The position numbers were made by a program, and so were the translations under genes. Shown in pieces: positions 47,899 to 58,291 of a stretch of DNA of 64,000 nucleotides. The first letter of the stretch is position 1, and every line of letters begins with the position of its first letter. The DNA is taken from the IMG/VR virus record IMGVR_UViG_3300026250_000004; one strand, given 5' to 3'. Under the pieces are notes generated by a model. That model was not told where the DNA came from. It worked only from the letters and a program-made list of their open reading frames with translations, and made no database searches. This DNA is from an uncultured virus (IMG/VR IMGVR_UViG_3300026250_000004) (Duplodnaviria > Heunggongvirae > Uroviricota > Caudoviricetes).

Positions 47899-49302
47899 TT
47901 ACCTTCCAACTTTATACAGGCTCGGGTCAACAACTTGCTTAAATCCTTCTTCTGGTAAGCCTATTTCCTCACCTTTGGTTTTGGATTCAGGAACACCTAA
48001 TTTTTCCAGAGCAGATGCTTCCCATTTTTCGCCCATTTCTTTGATTTCTTCAATGGACAAAGCAGCAAACATTTTCTTGTAGGTTTCCTCTACAAATTCG
48101 TTGCCCATATCACGAACACCAGATGCTAAAGCAACCCCAATAACATCTTCGCGATACTGCTTGCCAAGTTCTGCCTGTGGATTTAATTCGTCTACTTTAG
48201 CCTTGAGTTCTGCTATTTCGCTATCTTTGGCAGTTAAAGCAGTTTCTTTATCGGCCAATTCAGTTTTTAATTCATCAATCTGCTTCTCAAATGCCAGTTT
48301 TTCTTTTTCGTCCACATTGTCACTTCCTTTCGTTGATTTCGCCTTTAGAGCGTCATTTAAAGCCCCATCGAGTGCGTCCACCATGAAGTGTTCGTGTCCT
48401 TCGTCTAAAAGTGCTTGTACGACCTTCTTGTGTTCTGCGTTCAAACGGGCTTTCGTCCAACCTTCGGGCAATTCCGCTTCTGAGTACATTTGGTGGTAAA
48501 TCTGATGCAACTCACTTGCATCGCGTAGGTTCTCGCTTTCAATTTGGAATGTCGCTGAGGTTGAGGATAAACAACAAAAAACTGGTGCGTCTTTTTTCAC
48601 CAGTTTTAGGTCTGCTATGTTGTTGAGCTTTACCATCTTTTCAGTGTTCGGCGGTTTTTCACCACTTGCTGAAAGTCCCAATACCCCTGCATCGGGATAA
48701 GCCCCAGCGCAGACGATTGAGTTTTCTATCATGCAACTGTTATCTGGACGTGGCGGAGGCGCAGGTTTTGCTATTACAGTGCATAACACTTCTTCGCCAT
48801 CATCCTTATAAACTCTACCGGGATAATGCCTACAGTTCTCATAGTCCCTTATATCGTTATGGCAAATAGAACATTCAGAAAAACCCCATGATACTGATAC
48901 AGAGCTATCATGCAGTATGCCTGCATCTATCTGTTGACTTATATCATCGGTTGTAAAATCTTGTATGTAGGTCTTTGCTCCTTTTGGCATGAACATATTG
49001 CCATCTAACTGTACCTTGTCGCCATCACTTACAAGTTCACCTTCAAAGAACCGGCCAAAAGGTAAAGTAACTTTATCAACCCATGTATTACCGAATGTAT
49101 GGTCTGCTATCTGCACTACATCTCCATTGTTGACATTCGCTAGGTATCTGTCCAACAGCGAAGAGTCAAACTGCAAATATCGGGACGGTATGTAGCCAGT
49201 GCCAAGCAGTCTAAACTTGTGAACATGCACATCGTCAGCACTTAGCGGAGTCTTTGCGAATCGGTTAATTTTCGCTAACTGCGCTTCAGTCGGTTTTGCC
49301 AA
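47899..49302 (-). CDS. prohead protease plus scaffold
   Basis: DH..SSVSV..CSIC..CRHYPG..ENSIV; C-terminal coiled coil. Confidence 0.75.
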   Translation of the reverse strand: MAKPTEAQLAKINRFAKTPLSADDVHVHKFRLLGTGYIPSRYLQFDSSLLDRYLANVNNGDVVQIADHTFGNTWVDKVTLPFGRFFEGELVSDGDKVQLDGNMFMPKGAKTYIQDFTTDDISQQIDAGILHDSSVSVSWGFSECSICHNDIRDYENCRHYPGRVYKDDGEEVLCTVIAKPAPPPRPDNSCMIENSIVCAGAYPDAGVLGLSASGEKPPNTEKMVKLNNIADLKLVKKDAPVFCCLSSTSATFQIESENLRDASELHQIYHQMYSEAELPEGWTKARLNAEHKKVVQALLDEGHEHFMVDALDGALNDALKAKSTKGSDNVDEKEKLAFEKQIDELKTELADKETALTAKDSEIAELKAKVDELNPQAELGKQYREDVIGVALASGVRDMGNEFVEETYKKMFAALSIEEIKEMGEKWEASALEKLGVPESKTKGEEIGLPEEGFKQVVDPSLYKVGR

Positions 49303-49456
49303 TCTCTTTCACCACCTTTCAAACTCATATCAACAGGCTTGCCGCCATAACTGCACTTCTTCAAAACGTCCATAATTTCATCATCACGAAGTTTTTTCTT
49401 TGCTTCTATGACTGCTTTGTCAATCTCGCTTTGTGTTGCTAAACCCATTTAATCAC

Positions 49457-49747
49457 CTACCCTAATACTTCATATGGGCAACCCGCTGTTACTGCCTTAG
49501 CTATTGTCGCAAAGGTCAACGTGTTTCCCAAACTAGCCGTTATAGTGCAGTAATAGTCAACGCCATCAATAGTTACTTTGGCAATTTTGCCCTTGTATAA
49601 GTCAGATTCAAAGCTTTTAGTTGTATCAATTATTGTGGTAGTCGTCCCACCCGTTGCTACGCTACGCACCGATACGAGTCTAACAGAAGGAATTATCTCA
49701 TCATTAAACCACTCATAAGCCTGTTGGCTGTAATCTTTAAAACTCAT
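49457..49747 (-). CDS. hypothetical virion-associated protein
   Basis: ATGGTTTTIIDT motif; head operon. Confidence 0.5.
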   Translation of the reverse strand: MSFKDYSQQAYEWFNDEIIPSVRLVSVRSVATGGTTTTIIDTTKSFESDLYKGKIAKVTIDGVDYYCTITASLGNTLTFATIAKAVTAGCPYEVLG

Positions 49748-49762
49748 GTTTCACCTTCCTTT

Positions 49763-51211
49763 CTATTGGTTCGCTGGGGGACTGCCATGACGTGGATAAT
49801 CTTCTGCTTGTCCACCGCGTTCTTCACGAGCCTTGCGTTCTTCTACGAGTGCTTCCCAATCTTGCGGTTCACCAATAAAACCCAGAAGATTGCGATGCGC
49901 TTTCATTTCTTCATAGTCGCTAATTGAGCCGCGCATACGAGCAGTTATTATAATATCCTGCCGTGTCTGCAATTCAGCTACCACTTGCAATTCAGAACGC
50001 AAGTCAACTGGTTCAAATTCTACATCTACCCAACCTCTAACCCCTTCTAGGTTTAATGCCATCGTTAAAGCGCGTTCTAGCAGGTTTTCGACTACTTGTT
50101 GCACCGATTCTATTCCACGAGAATAGAGTTTTAATTCAGCAGCATAGGATTCTTTAGAAGTGTCTGCGCTTATGCCGATAATAGAGGATAAGGTTTTAAG
50201 CGCAGCAGCAAGTGATTTGTTGATCGTGTTTATTACTGCATCAACCCTAATGGTGCTACCTGCGCCGCCCTTGCCCACTAGGTCAAGCTCTGCGCTGTCC
50301 CATAGAACAGGTATGGCATCAGGCTCCAAGTTTCGCATAGAAGTCTGAACGTCGAGTCTTATCTTGTCCATCCATTCCTTGTATTTAACAGGGTCATTCT
50401 GAATGTGGATAGGCGCGTTCTTTTTGGCTATTTCCTCAAGAAGCTTAATCCTCATACGAGGATAGCCGGTTTGATGAACCGCTGCCTGCAAGTCGTTCAA
50501 GAATCCTATCTGCCATGCCACTATCTGAATTAGCGATATAAGCGGACTTGCGCCATAAGGGTCATCGGGCGCAGGGTCTAGCGGGTTATAAAAGATAGTC
50601 GGATAGTCAATCTTTGTATAACCCATACTGCCAGGTATTGTCTGCTTCTGATACGGCACTAATCGCCCGTTTTCAGTCTTAAAGTAAAGTGTTGCGCTGT
50701 CAAAAACCTGTAGTCTATCCATTCTGCCGATAGAGTTTAAAACTAATTCGCTACCAGCACCACCGCGCATCATCACATTTAAGAGCAATTGGCCGCTTAT
50801 TAAGTCAATTCCTCTAGCTTCTTGAAAGTTATTGCCGTTATTAGCATGGTTGAGCTTCCATATCAAGCCGTCTAGCACCTTTTGACCGCGTTTACTATCT
50901 TCGCCTGTCACTGTTTTAGCCTTAAAGGTAAGAGTAGAATTAGCTACTCGCAGGAATTGCCAGATACTAAAGGAAGTTTCCGGATGGTTGTGTCGCAACA
51001 AGTCCAGCAGGTCATTTGTGCTATGGTTTTTGAATTGAGTTATGTCTAACTGCCTAGTTCTATCAAACTTACGGGGCATAAAAGCATATTTTAGATATGA
51101 AACCATAGAATATTGTTCTGTTTTAGCTGTACCCGAAGAGGGTGGGGTATCTGGACTTGGACTTCTAGCTTGCTCTTTTGACTTCGCAAATATCGCAAAG
51201 GGATTTTTCAA
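49763..51211 (-). CDS. portal protein
   Basis: Follows TerL; DDPYGASPL; 482 aa. Confidence 0.8.
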   Translation of the reverse strand: MKNPFAIFAKSKEQARSPSPDTPPSSGTAKTEQYSMVSYLKYAFMPRKFDRTRQLDITQFKNHSTNDLLDLLRHNHPETSFSIWQFLRVANSTLTFKAKTVTGEDSKRGQKVLDGLIWKLNHANNGNNFQEARGIDLISGQLLLNVMMRGGAGSELVLNSIGRMDRLQVFDSATLYFKTENGRLVPYQKQTIPGSMGYTKIDYPTIFYNPLDPAPDDPYGASPLISLIQIVAWQIGFLNDLQAAVHQTGYPRMRIKLLEEIAKKNAPIHIQNDPVKYKEWMDKIRLDVQTSMRNLEPDAIPVLWDSAELDLVGKGGAGSTIRVDAVINTINKSLAAALKTLSSIIGISADTSKESYAAELKLYSRGIESVQQVVENLLERALTMALNLEGVRGWVDVEFEPVDLRSELQVVAELQTRQDIIITARMRGSISDYEEMKAHRNLLGFIGEPQDWEALVEERKAREERGGQAEDYPRHGSPPANQ

Positions 51212-51227
51212 TATTTATCACCTGCCT

Positions 51228-52832
51228 TTACCAATTTATTGAAACACCGCAAATATCGGGCATCATCGAGTGTTCAAAGTCTGTCTCAACCGTTGTTATC
51301 AAGCTAACTGCCATCTGTAAGGCATCAGCTTCATCATCAGTTCGCCATTTGCCCAAATAGCAAAGTTCTTGTATCAGTTCTCTTTGTGACCGATGCAAGC
51401 GCAAATAACCATTCTTTAGCAACGGCATTAAGCCCATGATTCGCAAAACCTTATCTGTTGTCGGCTTAATTTCTATGATGTTAAGATAAACTCCACGCTT
51501 TGCCGATGCTTGCCGTAAGTTATGAGCAAATAACTCTTGAAACTGTACTGTCTCACAACCAAACTGCTGAAACGGATATTGAACGGCATAACCTAAAATG
51601 TCATTAATGATTATATCTGGATGTCGTCTTTTGCCATCTGATTCAATAACATACATATAACCTGCTTCGTCTTTAGCAATTATCGCTATAGCACTCTTGT
51701 CTGACCTTCTGGTTTTCCCCATACTGGGGTCTACCGCGCCCACTATGGCACATTTGCTTAAATCAGGTAGTGCATCATAGTAAACTATTTCATCTTCGCG
51801 TATAGGGCAATCTGCGGGGTTAATAGGCTCATTCTGAACCTCACTATTGAATGATGCTATGCCTTCATCAATTATCATCACGCGGTAGTCATAGTAAGTT
51901 ACTTTTTCAGGCCATAAGACTTGAACGCCATTAAGCAATTCTTCTTTGTTTTGCTCATAAAAAGACCGGGCTGTTTCCACCCGGTTAATGTCGTCTAAAT
52001 TGGTATATAATCGTTCCCATTCTGCCCATAAGCCTGAATGAGACTCGCTGATTACACCTTGATATTTCTTTGTCTTAAATCCTGGTCGTCTTAATAGCTT
52101 CGATAGCAGACTGTCATAATGTAAAATCGTTCCAATCACGATTATATCTGTCTTTTCGTCACCTGCTTTACTGATGGCTTTATCAAACCAAGACTCTAAC
52201 TTTTTGCGCTGGTCCTCGCTTTCCACATTCTCATCATTTTCGGCATCGTCAATGATAAACAGGTCTGGTCTAAAATTCTTATGCTTTAATCCGCGAATAG
52301 CTTTGCCTGAGCCTTTGGCGGCTAATTTAACATCATTCTTTAGCAGTATTTCATCCATTCTCCATGTAGAACCTTGAAGTTTACCAAAGTCTTGAATTAT
52401 AGCCTCATTGCCTGCTATTTCTTCTTTTATGTTGCCTAAATAACTTTCTGCTTGTCCGCTACTGTCTGAAATTAGAATTATAAACCGCTTTTTACGGTAT
52501 AAGGCACACCATAAAGGGAGAATGAAGTCCCACAAAGTAGTTTTAGCACTGCCACGGGGACTAGCTATCGCAACTTTATTACCACCTTTACCGTTGACTA
52601 TCGTTTCCATAAGGTCATACATTTCCAAGTGAAAGTCTGGAATAGCACTCGTAAAATATTGGGGGTAGTATGCTCGTGCGAAGAAGCAAATATCTATCTG
52701 CCCTAGTTCACGCCTTATGCCATTCGGACCATATAGTTTTTTATCGGCTAAAATAGTTTCTATTTCCTCTTGTGAAAAGTATTTCGGCAAATATTCAAAT
52801 ACTAGGTCTATTAAATACTGCTCATAATCCAT
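51228..52832 (-). CDS. terL: terminase large subunit
   Basis: SPRGSAKT, RPDLFIIDD, IGTILH, GAVDPSMG..D, DDEADAL. Confidence 0.93.
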   Translation of the reverse strand: MDYEQYLIDLVFEYLPKYFSQEEIETILADKKLYGPNGIRRELGQIDICFFARAYYPQYFTSAIPDFHLEMYDLMETIVNGKGGNKVAIASPRGSAKTTLWDFILPLWCALYRKKRFIILISDSSGQAESYLGNIKEEIAGNEAIIQDFGKLQGSTWRMDEILLKNDVKLAAKGSGKAIRGLKHKNFRPDLFIIDDAENDENVESEDQRKKLESWFDKAISKAGDEKTDIIVIGTILHYDSLLSKLLRRPGFKTKKYQGVISESHSGLWAEWERLYTNLDDINRVETARSFYEQNKEELLNGVQVLWPEKVTYYDYRVMIIDEGIASFNSEVQNEPINPADCPIREDEIVYYDALPDLSKCAIVGAVDPSMGKTRRSDKSAIAIIAKDEAGYMYVIESDGKRRHPDIIINDILGYAVQYPFQQFGCETVQFQELFAHNLRQASAKRGVYLNIIEIKPTTDKVLRIMGLMPLLKNGYLRLHRSQRELIQELCYLGKWRTDDEADALQMAVSLITTVETDFEHSMMPDICGVSINW

Positions 52833-52992
52833 GTAATCACCTGCCAATATAACAAATAATTTACGCACAAACGCCTATATATATGGGTTTATGCCCTTGC
52901 AAGCGACATAAATGTCGGTAGCAAACCTTGCCCAAACAAAAAACCACCAGCATAAAGCTGATGGCCTTTAATTTGAGTGAGTTAAAAATTTA

Positions 52993-53265
52993 CTACAAAT
53001 TCTCTAATACTTTCTGAACCTTTTGCAGTTCGTTGCCTATCATTTCGCGCAACCGTTCATCACGTTTACCAAACCATTTATCTTTAAACTTCTGAACAGT
53101 CTTACGATAATCTTCTTCTCCAATATCACATGAACGCCACCATTCTAGGTCACGCAATACCTTCACAAAATCTTTAATAAATTCGTCAAGTTCTGGGTCA
53201 TGCATTTTACCATCGTAATATTCTTCTACCCGATAACAGGTATAATCGTAACTTCCTCCACTCAT
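52993..53265 (-). CDS. hypothetical phage protein
   Basis: MSGGSYDY..LEWWRSCD motif; RBS. Confidence 0.7.
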   Translation of the reverse strand: MSGGSYDYTCYRVEEYYDGKMHDPELDEFIKDFVKVLRDLEWWRSCDIGEEDYRKTVQKFKDKWFGKRDERLREMIGNELQKVQKVLENL

Positions 53266-53287
53266 GTTGTCCCTCCTAGTTTTGATA

Positions 53288-53364
53288 TGGAGCCGGATGC
53301 AGGACTCGAACCCGTCAACTTACCGCTTACAGGGCGGTTACTCTACCAATTGAGTTAATCCGGC
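53288..53364 (-). tRNA. tRNA-Thr(TGT), slightly atypical
   Basis: GCCGGAT/ATCCGGC acceptor, ACCGC-CCTGTAA-GCGGT anticodon arm, TTCGAGT T-loop, encoded CCA. Confidence 0.85.
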
Positions 53365-53381
53365 ATAAAAAGGTGGTTTTT

Positions 53382-53660
53382 AACGAGTGCTTGTCAACCA
53401 GCGACGATGCAGGCATCATCCCTGTAACCACCCCATAACAAGCACCCGCCAACCGAATAGGCAGAATACAATAACTTTCGCAAACGTAATTCTGTGCGCA
53501 TCCTATCGGTTGCAATATGCAGACAACGCTTTCGCGCTGCCAGGAACCTTTTGTACGCATGGCACATAGGCAAATCGCCCTTAATACGGTGTTGCCTAAT
53601 GGTCAGCACCAATATTAACAGCGATATATAGTCAAATCCCTTTCGGGTATCTGCTATCAA
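53382..53660 (-). ncRNA. putative multi-hairpin structured RNA upstream of the tRNA
   Basis: Five stems, several GAAA tetraloops. Confidence 0.45.
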
Positions 53661-53784
53661 TGGTTTTTAAACGACTCCTCATCTGCTTTTTCCCTAACCG
53701 CTTATTTCGCTTCCGCTGTTTACCACTTTTACCGTGGTTGAAACACGAATAACATTGCTCATGTTTCATTGCAAAGGCTCGCAT
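53632..53784 (-). CDS. small basic protein (not in ORF track)
   Basis: GGGGTGA RBS; MRAFAMKHEQCYSCFNHGKSGKQRKRNKR.. Confidence 0.4.
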   Translation of the reverse strand: MRAFAMKHEQCYSCFNHGKSGKQRKRNKRLGKKQMRSRLKTIDSRYPKGI

Positions 53785-53831
53785 AATATCACCCCCGTTA
53801 GAAGGCGACCACCCCCTTTTATAAACTACTA

Positions 53832-55085
53832 TTAATTAGTTATTACTGGTGTATTTATGATGTTGGTTAATCCTAATTCTTTGTCATAAATAAATGTCTG
53901 TGCTTTCCTAACTGCCCCGACATAACCAGAAGTATAATGCCAATGGTCGGTTGCTGTCGGTGAAGCTATACGCCTAATAATTACACCGTTAATCTCAACT
54001 ATGGCATGTTCGCTATGCAAGTGCGCTGTGTGCATTTCGTTGTATTTAGCTTTACCCCATAATTCTTTTGCTTCAATCGGCATTAGAGCAGATAGTCTGT
54101 TCGCTTTTTCTTTATCACCATGAGTAAAACCAATAAGAGTGTTACCATACAACATGTATTTTCGTGCCATTGGTGAAGTGTCTATTTCTACATTGTTGTC
54201 ATTTCGGAACCATGCTTCCAAGTATTTAAGAGCATGATAACCTGTCATTTCATCATGGTTACTTGCCGTGTAGAAGGTTTTAACTGGTGCAATAGCTGAA
54301 AACAAAGTGATGGCTTCTACAAGCATTTCAACCCCTTTGTTAAATAACTTTTGCCAACGAATATCTACGCTTTGTTGCGTTCCTGCTGTAGTTGTATTGG
54401 TTATCGTATCGCAGTTAAAAAAATCATTTGCCCATACAAAGGTTATGTAATCCAAGTCTCTAGACAGTTCGCTATAAATCCTTGTGGTTATATCTCTAAA
54501 TACCTGCATAGCTATTTTATAATCAAAGTTATTGCCTGTATCGCCCACCCAGCAAAGTTTTCCCAAGTGTAAATCAGCTATGTTTATTTCTGCCATGCGA
54601 TTACGCTTCGGTTGTGGTTTTGACTTGATGTTAATTGGCATAACGAATTTTCTGTCTAACTGCTCAAAATGTTTATCTATTTCTTCAAGCGATAAGCCTT
54701 GCTTTTTCGGCTTAACCGTTAGTTTTGACTGATAGAGAGTTAATGTTTTGTTCTCTTTAGTCTGGTTTTGCCAAAAGTTGTTACGGTATGATATAACTTC
54801 CCATAAATCCTTTTTAAGTCCGTGTTTCTCCATCATCAATTCAGGTGTTATTTCTTCAAGATGGCTAATTTCAATGATTCGCTCTGATATGCTGTCACCA
54901 TTTGCTTTGTATTCAAAACTACCTTTAGTGTCTGTAGGGGGTGTATCGGTTGTTGCATTTTGCTTAATGTTGCTCTTTATCCAACGCCTTAAACTTCGTT
55001 CGTTTCTGCCTGTAGCCCGTGCTATTCCTGCTACAGTACCATGTTCTTCTAGCAATCTATTGTATTCTTCAACCGTAAGGCTCAA
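53832..55085 (-). CDS. calcineurin-like metallophosphoesterase with N-terminal HTH
   Basis: ADLHLG, NDFF, SNHD, THGD, HLH. Confidence 0.8.
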   Translation of the reverse strand: MSLTVEEYNRLLEEHGTVAGIARATGRNERSLRRWIKSNIKQNATTDTPPTDTKGSFEYKANGDSISERIIEISHLEEITPELMMEKHGLKKDLWEVISYRNNFWQNQTKENKTLTLYQSKLTVKPKKQGLSLEEIDKHFEQLDRKFVMPINIKSKPQPKRNRMAEINIADLHLGKLCWVGDTGNNFDYKIAMQVFRDITTRIYSELSRDLDYITFVWANDFFNCDTITNTTTAGTQQSVDIRWQKLFNKGVEMLVEAITLFSAIAPVKTFYTASNHDEMTGYHALKYLEAWFRNDNNVEIDTSPMARKYMLYGNTLIGFTHGDKEKANRLSALMPIEAKELWGKAKYNEMHTAHLHSEHAIVEINGVIIRRIASPTATDHWHYTSGYVGAVRKAQTFIYDKELGLTNIINTPVITN

Positions 55086-55219
55086 GCTATCTCCCCCTTA
55101 AATTCTCCACTTCGCCACACCACCCGACGTTTACCGCTGTCCCCCCGGGACTCCCAAAAGTGGAGTGAATTTTATGCAAAATAAAAACCCCGGGCCCGTA
55201 GGTCACCGGAGTATGATCG

Positions 55220-55771
55220 TTAACAGTATATGCGGATACCGTCTTCCATGCTTTTATCCTTTAATTTATAAACTACTTTCTCCCAAAACCTTTCCATAGG
55301 AGTACAACACAATTCATATTTGTTAAAACCACAAGCTACTTCCTGCTGTCGGCATATGCTATTTATTATCTTTAACGCAAATATATCGGATTTTATATCT
55401 ACCATTAAGTTTTTTAAACATATCCAGGCTTCATTCCTTAAAACAATGCTTCCCCAAGCATCGGGATAAGCAAACTTATTGCTTTTTGTCGTGTTGCAAT
55501 ATTTTTCAACCAAAAACCCTAATGGTTTACCTAACTCATCTGCTGGTAACTTCATAGTGTCGCTAAAATAATCTCCATGCTTAACCCAAACGTCATCGCC
55601 CTTGATAAATACGCCACACCTGCATTTTTGAGGAATATAGTCTATCGAGAAAGCATGCTTAATGTTTTTTAACTCTTTAGGTTTCTTTATTTTTGGTTCG
55701 CCATAAAAACGGATGAAATGTAAAAACTCAGTCTTAATAACCAAGCCATAATCGCCTTCCGCGCTCATCAA
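55220..55771 (-). CDS. hypothetical protein
   Basis: 183-aa ORF in operon direction. Confidence 0.55.
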   Translation of the reverse strand: MMSAEGDYGLVIKTEFLHFIRFYGEPKIKKPKELKNIKHAFSIDYIPQKCRCGVFIKGDDVWVKHGDYFSDTMKLPADELGKPLGFLVEKYCNTTKSNKFAYPDAWGSIVLRNEAWICLKNLMVDIKSDIFALKIINSICRQQEVACGFNKYELCCTPMERFWEKVVYKLKDKSMEDGIRIYC

Positions 55772-56021
55772 CTCCTATTAACCAAAATCTCTTTTTAGTT
55801 CGCTTAACTTCCCAACCTTTAGCTTTATAAATGAAATATTCTCTACGATTTATTGCTTTCATGGTTAGTCCTCCAATTCTGCCTTAATTCTTCTAGTTAA
55901 TTCCTTCGCGGAAGGCTCATAAATAGCCAACAGTGAGGGTTTTCCCTGACAATCTTGCTGTAATTTAGCTAAGTTTTTCTCTGCTTTTTGCAATAAGCAA
56001 ATCCATTCTTCTTTAGTCATG

Positions 56022-56663
56022 TTATCCTCCCACAATCGCCTTCAACTGCCTCAAGCTCTCATCCAACTCCTTGTTGACTATGCAGTAATCAGCTATCCCC
56101 AAGTTATCAAATTCACCCGAACGAAAAGCATGTCTTACCCTATCCGCTATATTGTCCTCACTGTCACCCCTTGCCCTCATTCGCTCTACCGCTAGTTTGA
56201 CAGGTACATAGACATAGATAACTTTAACCTGTTCGCTGCCGTAAAGAGCCTTGAATTGCTCTACCCCGTGCCTGTCCACTATCGCATAAGCAGAACCATT
56301 AGAAGATAAGACTCGCTCGACCTCGGCTTTAGATGTGCCATAGCTATTATCGTTATAAACAGTTGACTCAATCATAGGTATTGATCCAAACTGTTCTTTA
56401 GTTACAAAGTAATAGGTCAGTCCTTCAACTTCGCCTTTACGCATCGGTCGAGTTGTTGTGCTAATCAACTCTGGTATTCCCAACTCTTTTAGATAGCAAC
56501 CGAGCGTTGATTTGCCTGCGCCGGATGGACCCAATAAAAGGTATAATGTTCTGCTTTTAGGCGGTGGATTAATCCTGCGCCCTAATTCTGCCCATGTGTT
56601 TGGCACTGTTCCTGCTGTTAATTGCGGTTGCGGCAATGTAAATGTAATTTTACACATAATCAC
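56022..56663 (-). CDS. gmk: guanylate kinase-like protein
   Basis: GPSGAGKST, TTTRPMRKGEVEGLTYYFV, YGTS, RGDSE. Confidence 0.88.
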   Translation of the reverse strand: MIMCKITFTLPQPQLTAGTVPNTWAELGRRINPPPKSRTLYLLLGPSGAGKSTLGCYLKELGIPELISTTTRPMRKGEVEGLTYYFVTKEQFGSIPMIESTVYNDNSYGTSKAEVERVLSSNGSAYAIVDRHGVEQFKALYGSEQVKVIYVYVPVKLAVERMRARGDSEDNIADRVRHAFRSGEFDNLGIADYCIVNKELDESLRQLKAIVGG

Positions 56664-57004
56664 TCACCCACTTTCGGCACTTCTTCCATCGAATAAAATA
56701 TCTGCAAGCCAAACTCTTTAGCCCGTTCCAATTCAATGCAAGCACCCCTTGATTCACCGATAAAGAAAAGTGCATCACATTTCGTGAGCCAAACATCGTC
56801 ATATTCCATCCAAAATTCCCACGGCAGCTCTATTCCCTTTTCCTGTGCGTGAGTATCTAAAAAATGCGATAAATGCGGGGCATATGGATAATATCCCCTA
56901 TTAATCAATTCAAGTGCAACGTCCATAGCCCTCTTGGTATTTTCCAATCTGCCTTGTTCTGTATCTGCCGAATAAGGTCCGGCACAATAGATTAATGGTT
57001 TCAT
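56660..57004 (-). CDS. DUF4406 / nucleoside 2-deoxyribosyltransferase-like protein
   Basis: IYCAGPYS..PH..CDA..SRGACIE. Confidence 0.7.
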   Translation of the reverse strand: MKPLIYCAGPYSADTEQGRLENTKRAMDVALELINRGYYPYAPHLSHFLDTHAQEKGIELPWEFWMEYDDVWLTKCDALFFIGESRGACIELERAKEFGLQIFYSMEEVPKVGE

Positions 57005-57015
57005 TTAGACCCTCC

Positions 57016-57645
57016 TTAACCAAATAAACTCATTTGCTCTCCATAAAAATAACCCGGCACGTTTGTACCGGATTGTAAGCTTCCCCATTGTTGCGCCATA
57101 GCATCGGCTATACCTTGAAATGTTCTTGAGCGTTCCTTCCATCTGTCGGGGCCGGGCGGCGTTTTGTGTATTCTTTGCTCTCTACCCTCAACAATATTGG
57201 TTGACTCCAATTTAGGCAGGTTTTTTAACCACAAACAGGTCGCTTTGGTTTCCCCATGCCCGTATTGCCATGGTTGAACCACCTGCGTTTGTTGTGTCCC
57301 GATGATTTTTTTTGCATACTTGTGCATTATCGGGTTTTCAATAGCTATTCTGGGAATATCGGCATTGTATAGTATCTTAAAAAACTCTGCCCCTTCTCGC
57401 ATTGCATCCCATCGCCCCTCTTGCGCACTAAGCCAACGCACTCCACTATTGCAAAGATAAGTGCATGGAGGGTGAGCTATCATTAAATCCCAACCGTCGT
57501 CCAATATTTCTAACACATCGCCTTGAATGTGCCATCTGGGGTCTGCTTCTGTTGGCAAAATATCGCAACTCCAAGCCTCATGCCCCCCCCGCCTAAAAGC
57601 ATCGCGGACCACGCCGCTATATTCACAAGCAACTAAAACCCTCAT
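57016..57645 (-). CDS. short cytosine-C5 methyltransferase-like protein
   Basis: VLVACEYSG, AHPPCT, IENP, QYGH..K.TCLW. Confidence 0.75.
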   Translation of the reverse strand: MRVLVACEYSGVVRDAFRRGGHEAWSCDILPTEADPRWHIQGDVLEILDDGWDLMIAHPPCTYLCNSGVRWLSAQEGRWDAMREGAEFFKILYNADIPRIAIENPIMHKYAKKIIGTQQTQVVQPWQYGHGETKATCLWLKNLPKLESTNIVEGREQRIHKTPPGPDRWKERSRTFQGIADAMAQQWGSLQSGTNVPGYFYGEQMSLFG

Positions 57646-57687
57646 CACTAGCACCCGCCTTTCAATGCCCTGCCTACAAATAACAAA

Positions 57688-57744
57688 GGGCTTATATCAG
57701 GCAGTAGGCATCTGCTTTTCGGGAGCTACCCTAGATATAAGCCC
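57688..57744 (-). promoter_or_regulatory. structured leader motif, copy A (copy B at 60915-60973)
   Basis: Closing stem around AGGCRG..GCTTTTCGG..CCTAG (plus-strand reading). Confidence 0.55.
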
Positions 57745-57762
57745 TGTATTAACTTGCTTAAC

Positions 57763-57963
57763 TTAAAAACCTAACTTCCGTTTAATCCTTTTCCAAAAGG
57801 AAACATTCTTCTCGATTATCACGACAATCGGCTCTCCTGCCATCACCTTAGCTTCGATGAACTCCTGCAAGTCTGAAAGCAACTGCTCATAGTCTTTCTC
57901 TTCTCGCTTTACCGAAAGGGGAATTATTTTACATCGCTGATTCAATCCATCTGCCTTCTTCAT
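57763..57963 (-). CDS. hypothetical protein
   Basis: ORF overlapping upstream gene. Confidence 0.45.
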   Translation of the reverse strand: MKKADGLNQRCKIIPLSVKREEKDYEQLLSDLQEFIEAKVMAGEPIVVIIEKNVSFWKRIKRKLGF

Positions 57964-58291
57964 CTCGCATCTCCACCTTTAAATTCTCTGGTTGCATAGA
58001 ACTCTCTACTTCCTGCTTTATATCTGCTAATCTGCCCAACCTTTTAGCAACCTCTAGCTTGTACCACTTCTGGAATATCTCTGTTTCGACGCAACGCTTA
58101 AAAGCTGTCTGCTGATTATGCAACCTAGAACGACCTTCTTCGCTTTTGCCAACTGCACCGGATTCAACATGTGTTATACGGCAACAATTTTCAGTTTTGT
58201 TTCTCTTTTGGCCTCCCTTGCCTGTACCACGATAATAGTCAATCCTAAAATCCTTTTTTGTTACCGAAAATAATGGTTGCTTGTTTTCCAT
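57929..58291 (-). CDS. GGQ peptidyl-tRNA hydrolase / release-factor domain protein
   Basis: YYRGTGKGGQKRNKTENCCRITH..SEEGRSRLHNQQTA. Confidence 0.85.
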   Translation of the reverse strand: MENKQPLFSVTKKDFRIDYYRGTGKGGQKRNKTENCCRITHVESGAVGKSEEGRSRLHNQQTAFKRCVETEIFQKWYKLEVAKRLGRLADIKQEVESSMQPENLKVEMRDEEGRWIESAM

